DNA of 63,949 nt, counting the filler, from Octopus bimaculoides (taxonomy: Eukaryota), in the NCBI RefSeq assembly GCF_001194135.2. It is 4 parts of 4 records of this genome, joined end to end, with 100 filler letters (N's around TTAATTAATTAA, not from the genome) between each part and the next. Parts side by side here need not be neighbours in the genome. Positions count along the whole stretch, not along the records: positions 37,095 to 53,789 come from NC_068982.1; positions 53,890 to 63,949 come from NC_069003.1; 2 more parts are not named here. One strand, given 5' to 3'. Positions 52,381 through 62,926 of this stretch are shown piece by piece. The notes under the pieces were generated by a model that was not told the DNA's origin, made no database searches, and saw nothing but the letters and a program-made list of their open reading frames with translations. A program made the position numbers and the translations under genes. The number at the start of each line of letters is the position of its first letter. Position 1 is the first letter of the stretch.

Positions 52381-52859
52381 ATTCATATACGTCCGTCTCC
52401 TGTTGATATTAAACGATATCGTTGCTTTTCATTGTCGTTCTTGTTGATACAGTTGCTGCTCATCATAGTTAGCATTGTTGAGAATATCACTATTGTTGAA
52501 CTTGTAGATGTTGGTATTTCTGTGACCGCTGCTGGTATTGATGCTGCTTGCTGCTGCTGCCTTTGTTGCAGCTTTCGTTGGACCTGTTTTTATTTTCCTC
52601 GAATTCATCTCTCACTGTTGCCGACGGTAATCATGCTTGTGAGATGTTTGAGTTAAGATAACAGAAGTCGCTCATATCCATTGTCTTAGATAAATCAATT
52701 TCTCTCCGACATTTCATGCAGTATATTGCGTGCTACTGTTTGTATCACCACAATTTTAGACACTAAAGGTTATGATTGGTCCCAGTCTTATTGTCCTCCA
52801 CACCACACTGTGAAATTGGGACTTTTATTCAACAAATTGTCGAAAGAAAATTAGACTAG

Positions 52860-53640
52860 ACAACCTATTTGCAACAAAAACAAAACAAGCTTTTAAAAGC
52901 CGAAGCGAAGAACATACAGCAAATAATAATGATAATAATAATAATTTGCATCAAATACAAAATAGACGATGCATCAGAAAGTGATAAGTGCAGAATTTGT
53001 GGTCAAAATGGTGAAGCCGTACGGCATATTACCAGTCAATGTACGCCACTAGCCCAGAAAGAATATAAGACACTTCATTAAAATATAGCAAGGATTGTCA
53101 ATTGGAAACTTTGCAGCAAGTAGGGACTTGACACATCAAATACGTGGTACGAGCATAAACCTGAAGACATCATCGAAAAGGATAATGAGATATACTATGG
53201 GATTTTATGCTTCATTGCGACCATGAGATAGAGAATACGAAACCAGATATAGTGTTAATTGAGAAAGCAAATAAACTATGCTGGATCATAGATATAGCAT
53301 GTCCAGCTGACAACTAGGTATGTGATAATGAAGAAAGAAAAGTCGATAGATATGACAGGTTAGTTGGGGGAGGTTAAGAAGTTATGGTCGATAAAAAAAG
53401 GTGGTAGTAGTACCAATAATTGTCGGAGTCCTGGGAATAGTGAGCACAAAATCTTGAGAAATACAGGAAACAAATAGGGGCTGCAATAAGGGTGGAGCAG
53501 TTGCAGAAAACAGCACTGCTTGGAACTGCTCGAATAATCCGGATAGTGCTCTAAAAGTAAGGGCTGTTGCCTTAGTTCACTGGTAGTGAACAGCTGACAC
53601 CGCAGTGCATCTCCAGCATTAGAGGTCGTGCAATGACAAT
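52860..53640 (+). mobile_element. R4/Dong-clade 3' fragment: CCHC zinc knuckle, restriction-like endonuclease and 3' UTR
   Basis: LKAE...KYKIDDASESDKCRICGQNGEAVRHITSQCTPLAQKEYK, WYEHKP, LWDF...DHEIENTKPDIVLIEK..CWIIDIACPAD, VVVPIIVG.LG, EQLQKTALLGTARIIRIVL*. Followed by (CTA)n and (TAA)n; Dong-type elements are known to target TAA repeats. Confidence 0.9.
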
Positions 53641-53697
53641 AAAATAGTACTAATAGAAACAACTACTACTATTACTACTACTACTACTACTACTACC

Positions 53698-53747
<50 letters not shown>

Positions 53748-53789
53748 AATAAAAATAATAATAATGATAATGATAATAATAATAATAAT

Positions 53790-53889
53790 NNNNNNNNNNN
53801 NNNNNNNNNNNNNNNNNNNNNNNNNNNNNNNNNTTAATTAATTAANNNNNNNNNNNNNNNNNNNNNNNNNNNNNNNNNNNNNNNNNNNN
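53790..53889. other. Artificial scaffold spacer
   Basis: 44N-TTAATTAATTAA-44N. Confidence 0.95.
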
Positions 53890-56800
53890 GTACGTAAGTA
53901 CGAACGAAAGTACATACGTACGTACGCACGAACGAACGAAAGAAGGAATGAATGAACGAACGTACGCACGTACGAACGAACGACCAAACGTACGTACGCA
54001 TTTACATAAGTAAGTACGAACGAACGAAAGTGCGTACGTACGTACAAACGAATGTACGTACGTACGAACGAAGGAACGTACCTTATGTCCGTACGTACAA
54101 ACGAACGAACGAACGTACGTCCGTATTACGAATGATCGAACCTGCGTACGTACGTGCAAACGAACGAATGGACGAACAAATGAACGATCGAACTCAGATA
54201 CGTACCTACGTACACACGATCGAACGAAAAAACGTACGAACTAACGAACGAACGTACGTGAAAATGTACGTACGAACGAACGAACGTACGTACTTACGTA
54301 AGCACGAACGTACCTTATGTCCATACGTACAAACGAACGAAGCAACATACGTCCGTATTACGAACGATCGAACCTGCGTACGTACGTGTGAACGAACGGA
54401 CGAACGAACGTAAGAACGTACTAACGAACGTAAGTACAAACGAATGAACGAGCGCACAAAACAACGTACGAACGAAAAAAACTTACGTACAAACGAACGA
54501 ACGAACGAAAGAAAAAGAAAACGAACGTACGTAGGTGCGTGTCTGAGTTCGTTCGTTCATTCGTTCGTATTTACGTACGTTCGTTTATTTGTTCGTCCGT
54601 TCGTACGTACATACGTTCGTTCGTTTGCACGTACGTACGCAGGTTCGATCGTCCGTAATACGGACGTTCGTTCGTTCGTTTGTACGTACGGACATAAGGT
54701 ACGTTCCTTCATTCGATCGTTCGTAAGTACGTTTGCACGTATGTTCGTTCGTTAGTTCGCACGTACGTACGTTCTTTCGTTCGATTGTTCGTTCGAACGT
54801 ACGTATGTATGTACATTCGTTCGTTTGTTTGTACGTACGTACGCACTTTCGTTCGTTCGTACTTACTTATGTAAATGCGTACGTACGTTTGGTCGTTCGT
54901 TCGTACGTGCGTACGTTCGTTCATTCATTCCTTCTTTCGTTCGTTCGTGCGTACGTACGTATGTACTTTCGTTCGTACTTACGTACGTACGTTCGATCAT
55001 TCGTTCGTTCGTTCGTGCGTACGTACGTATGTACTTTCGTTCGCTCGATCGTTCGTTCGTACTTACGTACCTACGTACGTTCGTTCGTTCATTCGTTAGT
55101 TTGTTCTTTCGTACGTACTTACGTTCGTTCGTTCGATTTCACGCTCGTGCGTTCGTTCTTTTGTGCACTCGTTCATTCGTTCGTTCTTTCGTTCGTATGT
55201 ACGAAAGAACGAACGAACGAATGATCGAACGACCGAACGTACGTACGTATTTACGTAAGTAAGTACGAACGAACGTAACTTATGTCCGTGTGTAAGAACG
55301 AACGAACGAAAGTGCGTACGTACGTACAAACAAACGAACGAATGTACGTACGTACGATCGATCGAACGAACGAATGAACGTACGTACGTACAAACGGAAG
55401 AACGGACGAACGAACGAAGGAACGTACCTTATGTCCGTACGTACAAACGAACGAACGAACGTACGTCCTTATTACGAACGNNNNNNNNNNNNNNNNNNNN
55501 NNNNNNNNNNNNNNNNNNNNNNNNNNNNNNNNNNNNNNNNNNNNNNNNNNNNNNNNNNNNNNNNNNNNNNNNNNNNNNNNNNNNNNNNNNNNNNNNNNNN
55601 NNNNNNNNNNNNNNNNNNNNNNNNNNNNNNNNNNNNNNNNNNNNNNNNNNNNACGAATGAACGAGTGTACAAAAGAACGAACTCACGAGCGTACAAACGA
55701 ACGAACGTACGTACGCACGAATGAACGAACGTACATACGTAAAAACGAACGAACGAAACGATGGAACGAAGGAACAAACGAACGTACGTACATACAAACG
55801 AACGAAGGAATGTACGGATGAACGAACGTACGTACTTACGTTCGTTCGTTTTTACGTAATTTTTTTCGTTTGTACGTTCTTTTGTGCGCTCGTTCGTTCG
55901 TACTTACGTCGTTCGATCATTCGTTCGTGCGTACGTTCTTTCGTTCATTCGAACGTACGTATCTTCGTTCGTTTGTACTTACGTACGTAACTACGTACGT
56001 TCTTTCGTTAGTCCGTTCGAATGTTCCTACGTACGTTCGTCCTTTCGTTCGTTCGTTCGAACGTACATACTTACGTACGTCCGTTCGTTCGTACATATGT
56101 ACGTTCTTTCGTTCGTACGTACGTACATACGCACATTCGTTTGCTTTTTCTTTCGTTCGCTCGCTCGTTTGTACCTACGTACGTAAGTTCGTTCGTTTGT
56201 ATGNNNNNNNNNNNNNNNNNNNNNNNNNNNNNNNNNNNNNNNNNNNNNNNNNNNNNNNNNNNNNNNNNNNNNNNNNNNNNNNNNNNNNNNNNNNNNNNNN
56301 NNNNNNNNNNNNNNNNNNNNNNNNNNNNNNNNNNNNNNNNNNNNNNNNNNNNNNNNNNNNNNNNNNNNNNNNNNNNNNNNNNNNNNNNNNNNNNNNNNNN
56401 NNNNNNNNNNNNNNNNNNNNNNNNNNNNNNNNNNNNNNNNNNNNNNNNNNNNNNNNNNNNNNNNNNNNNNNNNNNNNNNNNNNNNNNNNNNNNNNNNNNN
56501 NNNNNNNNNNNNNNNNNNNNNNNNNNNNNNNNNNNNNNNNNNNNNNNNNNNNNNNNNNNNNNNNNNNNNNNNNNNNNNNNNNNNNNNNNNNNNNNNNNNN
56601 NNNNNNNNNNNNNNNNNNNNNNNNNNNNNNNNNNNNNNNNNNNNNNNNNNNNNNNNNNNNNNNNNNNNNNNNNNNATCTTTCGTTCGTTCGTAAGTTCGT
56701 ACTTACGTACGTTCGTTTGTACGTACGGACATAAGGTACGTTCCTTCGTTCGTACGTACTTGTGTAAGTACGTTCGTTCGTACGTACGTTTGCACGTACG

Positions 56801-59800
56801 TTCGTTAGTTCGTACGTACGTTCTTCCGTTCGATCGTTTGTACGTACGTACGTTCATTCGTTCGTTTGTACGTACGTACGCACTTTCTTTCGGTCGTTCG
56901 TACGCACTTTCGTTCGTTCGTTCTTACGCACGGACATATGGTACGTTCGTTCGTACGTTCTTACGCACGGACATAAGGTAAGTTCGTTCTACATACTTAC
57001 GTAAATACGTTCGGTCGTTTGATCATTCGTTCGTTCGTACGTACGAGCGTGCGTTCGTTCATTCTTTCGTACATACGAACGAATGAACGAGTGCACAAAC
57101 GAACGCACGAGCGTACAAACGAACGAACGTAAGTACGTACGTACGAACGATCTAGCGAACGGACGAAAGTACATACGTACGTACGCACGCACGAACTAAC
57201 GTACGAATGTACGAAAGAACGAACGAACGAATGAACGAAGTACGCACGTACGAACGAAAGAATGTTCGAACGACCGATCGAACGAACGTACATTTTGTCC
57301 GTGCGTAAGAACGAACGAAAGTGCGTACGTACGTACAAACGAATGTACGTACGTACGAACGATCGAACGAAGTAACGTACCTTATGTCCGTACGTACAAA
57401 CGAACGAACGTCCGTATTACGAATGATCGAACCTGCGTACGTACGTGCAAACGAACGAATGGACGAACAAATGAACGATCGAACTCAGATACGTACCTAC
57501 GTACACACGATCGAACGAAAAATCGTACGAACTAACGAACGAACGTACGTGCAAATGTACGTACGAACGAACGAACGTACTTACGTAAGCACGTACCTTA
57601 TGTCCATACGTACAAACGAACGAAGGAACATACGTCCGTATTACGAACGATCGAACCTGCGTACGTACGTGTGAACTAACGTAAGTACGAACTTATGAAC
57701 GATCGAACGAACGTACTAACGAATGAACGAGCGCACAAAACAACGTACGAACGAAAAAAACTTACGTACAAACGAACGAAAGAAAAAGCAAACGAACGTA
57801 CGTACGAACATTCGAACGAACGATCTTTCGTACATACACAAGAACGTACGTACGTATGTACGAACGAACGAACAGAAGTACGTAGGAACATTCGAACGAA
57901 CGACCTTTCGTACGTACCTCCGAACGAATGAACGGACGTACGAACGACCGAACGAAAGAACGTACGTTGTTACGTACGTATGTAAGTGTGTAAGTACAAA
58001 CGAACGAAGATACGTACGAACCAACGAACGAAAGAACGAACGTACGTACGAACCAACGAACGAACTAACGCACGTACGTAGGTGCGTGTCTGAGTTCGTT
58101 CGTATTTACGTACGTTCGTTTATTTGTTCGTACGTACATACGTTCGTTCGTTTGCACGTACGTACGCAGGTTCGATCGTCCGTAATACGGACGTTCGTTC
58201 GTTTGTACGTATGGAGATAAGGTACGTTCCTTCATTCGATCGTTCGTAAGTACGTTTGCACGTATGTTAGTTCGCACGTACGTACGTTCTTTCGTTCGAT
58301 TGTTCGTTCGTTTGTACGTACGTTCATTCGTTCGTTCGAACGTACGTATGTACGTACATTCGTTCGTTTGTTTGTANNNNNNNNNNTCGTTCGTTTGTAC
58401 GTACGTTCATTCGTTCGTTCGAACGTACGTATGTACGTACATTCGTTCGTTTGTTTGTACGTACGTACGCACTTTCGTTCGTTCGTACTTACTTATGTAA
58501 ATGCGTACGTACGTTTGGTCGTTCGATCATTCGTTCGTTCGTACGTTCGTTCATTCATTCCTTCTTTAGTTCGTACGTGCGTACGTACGTATGTACTTTC
58601 GTTCGTACTTACGTACGTTCGTTCGTTCGTTCATTCGTACGTACTTACGTTCAATTGCACGCTCGTTCTTTTGTGCACTCGTTCATTCGTATGTACGAAA
58701 GAACGAACGAACGAATGATCGAACGACCGAACGTACGTATTTACGTAAGTAAGTACGAACGAACGAACGTACGTCTTTATTACGAACGATCGAACCTGCG
58801 TACGTACGTGCAAACGAACGAATTTATGTACGTACGAACGAACGGACGAACAAATGAACGAACGAACGTAAGAACGTACGAACGAAATAATGAACGTAAG
58901 TACGAACGAACGAGCGCACAAAAGAAGTACGAACGAAAAAAACTTACGTACAAACGAACGAACGTACTTACGTAAGTACGTACGAAGGTTCGAGCGTTCG
59001 TAATACGTACGTTCGCTCTTTCGTTTGTTCGTTCGTTTGTAAGTACGTACATAAGGTACGTACTTACGTAAGTTCGTATTTACTAACGTACGTTCTTTCG
59101 TACCTACGTTCGTTCGTACGTACGGACGTACGTATGTACGTTCGTAGGTGCGTATCTTCGTTCGTTTGAACTTACGTACGATCTTTCGTACCTACGTAAG
59201 TACGTCCGTTCATTTGTTAGTTCGTTCTTTCTTTCCAATGTTCCGACGTACGTTCGTTCGGTTGTTCGAAGGTACATACTTACGTTCGTTCGTACGTATC
59301 TTCGTTCGTTTGAACTTACGTACGATCTTTCGTTCGTACCTACGTAAGTACGTCCGTTCATTCGTTAGTTTGTTCTTTCGTTCGTACGTACGTACGAAAG
59401 ATCGTTCGTTCGAATGTTCCGACGTACGTTCGTTCGGTCGTTCTTTAGAAGGTACATACTTACGTAAGTATGTATGTTCATTCTTTCGTTCGTTTGTTCG
59501 TACGTTCGTTCTTTCATCCATCCGTACGCATGTACATACGTACGTTCGTAGGGAATTTCGATCGTTGTTACCTTCGAACGTTCGTTCATTTATTCGTTAT
59601 TTCATTCGTTTGTTCGGACGTACGTTCGTTCTTTCGCTCGTACATACGTTCGTTCATTTGTTCGTTCCTTCGTTCGTTTGTACTTACGTACGTACGTTCT
59701 TTCGTTCGTACGTACGTCCGTTCATTCGTTAGTTGGTTCTTTCGTTTGTTCGTACCTTCTTTTGTACGCTTGTTCATTCGTTCTTTCGTTCGTATGTACT

Positions 59801-60527
59801 TACGTGCGTTCGTCCGTAAGTTCGTACTTACGTTCGTTCGTACGTACGTACGTAGTTTTTTTCGTACGTTCGTTCGTTTCGCTCGTTCTTTCCTTCGTTC
59901 GTTCGTTTTTTCTTACGTACGTACAAACGTTCATTTGTTTATTCGTTCGTTCGTAAGTTCGTGCGAACGTACGTACGTTTGTTCGATATTTGATGTCTAC
60001 ATACATACGTACGTTAGTTCGTTCATTCATTCGTCCGTTCCTTTGTTGGTCCGTTCGTTCATTCTTTCTTTCGTTCGTTCGTACGGACATAAGGTACGTT
60101 CATTAGTTCGATCGTTCGTACGTACGTACTTAAGTAAGTACGTACGTTCGTTAGTTCGTACTTACGTTCGTTCATTCGTTTGTACGTACCTTAGGTACGT
60201 TCGTTCGTTCGTACATACATTCATTAGTTCGTTTGTACGTACGTACGCAATTTCGTTCGTTCGTTCGTTCTTTCTTTCGTTCGTACGTACGTACGTTCGT
60301 TCGTTTGTACGTACCTTCATTCGTTCGTTCGTTTGTATGTACGTACGCACTTTCGTTCGTTCGTTCTTATGTACGGACATAGGGTACGTTCGTTCGTACG
60401 TACATTCATTAGTTCGTTTGTACGTACGTACGCACTTTCGTTCGTTCGTTCGTACATACGTACGTTCGTTCGTTTGTACGTACGTTTTTTTCGTTCGTTC
60501 GTTCGTTCTTTTGTACGCTCGTTCGTA
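53890..60527. repeat. Complex CpG-rich satellite built from ACGT/AACG tetramers, with alternating orientation and higher-order repeats
   Basis: Continuous TACG/AACG/TTCG-derived sequence with recurrent landmarks (gtaccttatgtcc, gtccgtattacg, gatcgaacctgcg, gaactcagatacg) in both orientations; three internal gaps. Confidence 0.97.
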
Positions 60528-60714
60528 CCATGTGGTTGGGAAGCAAGCTTCTTACCAGACTGCCATTTTGTGTATTATAGAAGTATAAGCAATTTTATTG
60601 CAGATAAATTTTAACAAGAAAATATCATATGGATCCTAGTTGAGAACAACTGCTCAGTATGGTCACTCAGTCTGCTAGAAATAACTCATATTTCTCTCCA
60701 ATCACAGTTGACAT

Positions 60715-60942
60715 CAGTGGTTCTCAACCATCTTTTTTCCGTGGACCCCTTCAAACCCCCATTTTACTCTACTGGACCTCCACTGCTATTAACTGTATAT
60801 ATAAAAAAAATCTTACTGTGTTTTTATAATTAAATATTTTGTATATTGTAGAAGTATAAGTGATTTATTGTAGAGAAACTTCAACAACGAAATCTTATTG
60901 CTCCCACCAAGGGTCATATGGACCTCCAGTTGAGAGCCACTT
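60715..60942 (+). mobile_element. hAT Charlie-type MITE (a partial second copy lies at 60563-60652)
   Basis: TIRs CAGTGGTTCTCAAC and GTTGAGAGCCACTT. The upstream fragment shares gtagaagtataag..tttattg.aga.aa..t.aaca..aaa and ends catatgga.c..agttgagaacaactg. No matching 8-bp TSD. Confidence 0.75.
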
Positions 60943-60990
60943 ATCTAATGGTTCTGCTAATATCTCTCACTAATACCTGTTGTGTTGTAG

Positions 60991-61215
60991 GTAGCTGTAT
61001 TGATCCAAGACAATCAAAATTTGGAAGCCAAAGTTGAAGAGTTGGAGAAGAGGTTGATGGACACAAACAAATTAGAGGCGGAACTGAAGCAGTTACAACT
61101 ACGATCCGAAAAGGTGTGTCGTCGTTGTGGTAATGAAATCAAACCATGTCTACCAGCTGGAGTCCTTGGCAAAGAAGTGGAGCATGATGAACCACAGATG
61201 ACAAGTGAAGGCAAG
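60991..61215 (+). CDS. CDR2: Penultimate coding exon of a CDR2/CDR2L (cerebellar degeneration-related protein 2, centrocortin family) homolog; coiled coil
   Basis: Acceptor tgtgttgtag| at 60990 and donor aag|gtatgt at 61215/61216. The 225 nt are open in phase 0: VAVLIQDNQNLEAKVEELEKRLMDTNKLEAELKQLQ..., resembling CDR2 GLVLKENSELEQQL...ELEAEVAEMRQ as I recall it. It splices in frame to the 62405 exon. Confidence 0.8.
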
Positions 61216-61314
61216 GTATGTACATCAAGCTAAGCTTTGTCCGATGTAGTTTTCGTACAGATCTACAAGCATGAGATGTTTTGGTGATGCATATTTTCGA
61301 TTGTCTTACTCTCA

Positions 61315-61791
61315 ACATCATCATCATTCAATGTCTGTTGTCGTCCATGCTGGCATGGGCTGGACAGTTTGACTAGGGCTGGTAAGTTGAAGGGCTGCAT
61401 CAGACTCCAATCTGATTTAGCATGGTTTCTACAAGTGGATGCCAACCATTCCAAAAATGTAATGTGTACTTTTACATGCCACTGGTACAGGTGCCAGTTG
61501 CATGATACTAGTATCTACCATGACTACAATTTCACTTGGCTTGATGGGTCTTCTCAAGTATGGCATATTGCCAAAGGCCTCAGTCATTTGTCATTGCCTC
61601 CGTGAGGCCCAACGCTTGAAAGGTGCTTTTTATATGACACTGGCATTGGCTATGACTACAATTTCACTTCGCTTGACAGGTCTTCTCAAGCACAGCATAT
61701 CACCAAAGGTCTCAGTCACTAGTCATTGCATCTGTGAGGTCCAATGATTGAAGACCATGCCTCATCCCATGTCTTCCTGGGTCTACCTCTC
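61315..61791 (-). mobile_element. RTE-clade LINE 3' end with an internal ~131-bp tandem duplication
   Basis: The minus strand encodes RGRPRKTWDE (RTE C-terminal motif) and ends in an RTE-type tail (ggcatccacttgtagaaacc...ccatgccagcatgga..(gat)n). The unit atgactacaatttcactt.gcttga..ggtcttctcaag occurs at 61521 and 61652. Confidence 0.72.
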
Positions 61792-61934
61792 AGATGTTTT
61801 AATGTTCCTTTTGTTTCAATGTTTCCCCAATGCTCTCTCTTAGTTTATATGTGAGAGCATTTAATTATTATGTTGGTTCCTCTATCTGTATGTGTATATT
61901 TCTGTACATGTGTGCATGCTTGTGTCTAGTGCTA

Positions 61935-62280
61935 AAATGAACTGCTAAGTTATAGTAACATAAACAAACCAACACTGATTGTCAAGTGGTGGAAGGGATA
62001 AACACACACACACACACACACACAAAAGAGTCCAATAAAATATGTACCAAGCTTTTAAAAAGTGATGTACAGGGGTCAATACATTCGACTAAAAGTGCCC
62101 CAGTATGGCTGCAGCCTAGTGACTGAAACAAGTAAAAGGTAAAAGAATATATATTTATACATGACAGGCTTTGGTTGGCATGGGACTATAGTGGAAGACA
62201 CTTGCCCAAGGTGCATTGCAGTAGGACCGAACCTGGAACTATGTAGTTAAAAAGCAAACTTCTTATCATTCAGCCATGCC
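61935..62280 (-). mobile_element. SINE family 1 in the last CDR2 intron, with a + strand tail fragment nested at 62030-62145
   Basis: Proximal 3' body at 61935-62010, (CA)n, + strand tail (ccccagtatggctgcagcc..gactgaaacaagtaaaag), then head at 62160-62280 (gacacttgcccaaggtgc...gaacctggaactatgtagtt). Confidence 0.75.
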
Positions 62281-62404
62281 AGTATATTAGACCAATTTTC
62301 TTGTCTCGGATGCTATCAAGTTGTTTTTTGCTTTAGCAAATTCCAAACCAGTGTTCCTAAATCTAAAGATGTTATTTTGGTCTCCTTTCTCTATTTTTCT
62401 GCAG

Positions 62405-62926
62405 GTTGCACGTTTAGAGGATGGTGGCAGTGTGTATGGTAGTAATGAATCTATTCACAAAGTCCTCATGGAGACTCGGGAACAACTGTCAGGCAACGGT
62501 GTACAGTCTAATGTCTCCATTCTCAGTGAGCTCGAGTCACAGTACTACGCTCTATGTCAAAAATACGAGTCTCTCCTGCAGCACAAATTGCGGAGACCTC
62601 GATCAGGTACAGACTTTGATGAAGATGAAGCCGACAGGAATTTCCGTGTTTCGCACAAGGAAGTGCAGACCCTCCTTGTAAACCTGCATCGCTGTGTCGA
62701 GGTGAATACAGACGTTGGAGACTCCACGACAAGCCCACCACCGTATCGGTCCCTTTTCAAAGACATCTTTGCTACCCTGCGCAAATCTCGAATCGAAGAG
62801 TCTCCAGAACAGCAACCGGCCCCCACTGCAAATCAGGGCTCACAGCAATCAAAATCAGCCACTGGTACACCGATAACCACTCCTATAACAGAAGATAGTC
62901 CAATGACAAAGAGTGCTCATGCATGA
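62405..62926 (+). CDS. CDR2: Last coding exon of the CDR2/CDR2L homolog
   Basis: Acceptor ctatttttctgcag| at 62404 (phase 0) and stop TGA at 62924-62926. Three motifs match human CDR2 in order (human sequence from memory): SILSELESQYYALCQKYESLL (SLLHEVDTQYSALKVKYEELL), SHKEVQT (SHKAVQT) and PPPYRSLFKDIFATLRKS (PPEYKALFKEIFSCIKKT). Confidence 0.87.
   Translation, partial: VARLEDGGSVYGSNESIHKVLMETREQLSGNGVQSNVSILSELESQYYALCQKYESLLQHKLRRPRSGTDFDEDEADRNFRVSHKEVQTLLVNLHRCVEVNTDVGDSTTSPPPYRSLFKDIFATLRKSRIEESPEQQPAPTANQGSQQSKSATGTPITTPITEDSPMTKSAHA

Noticed and set aside
53890-60588. Many long ORFs (up to 372 aa, RSFV/YVRT/NERT-rich)
   Set aside because: A by-product of stop-poor tetramer repeats read in all six frames; no splice signals or domain content.
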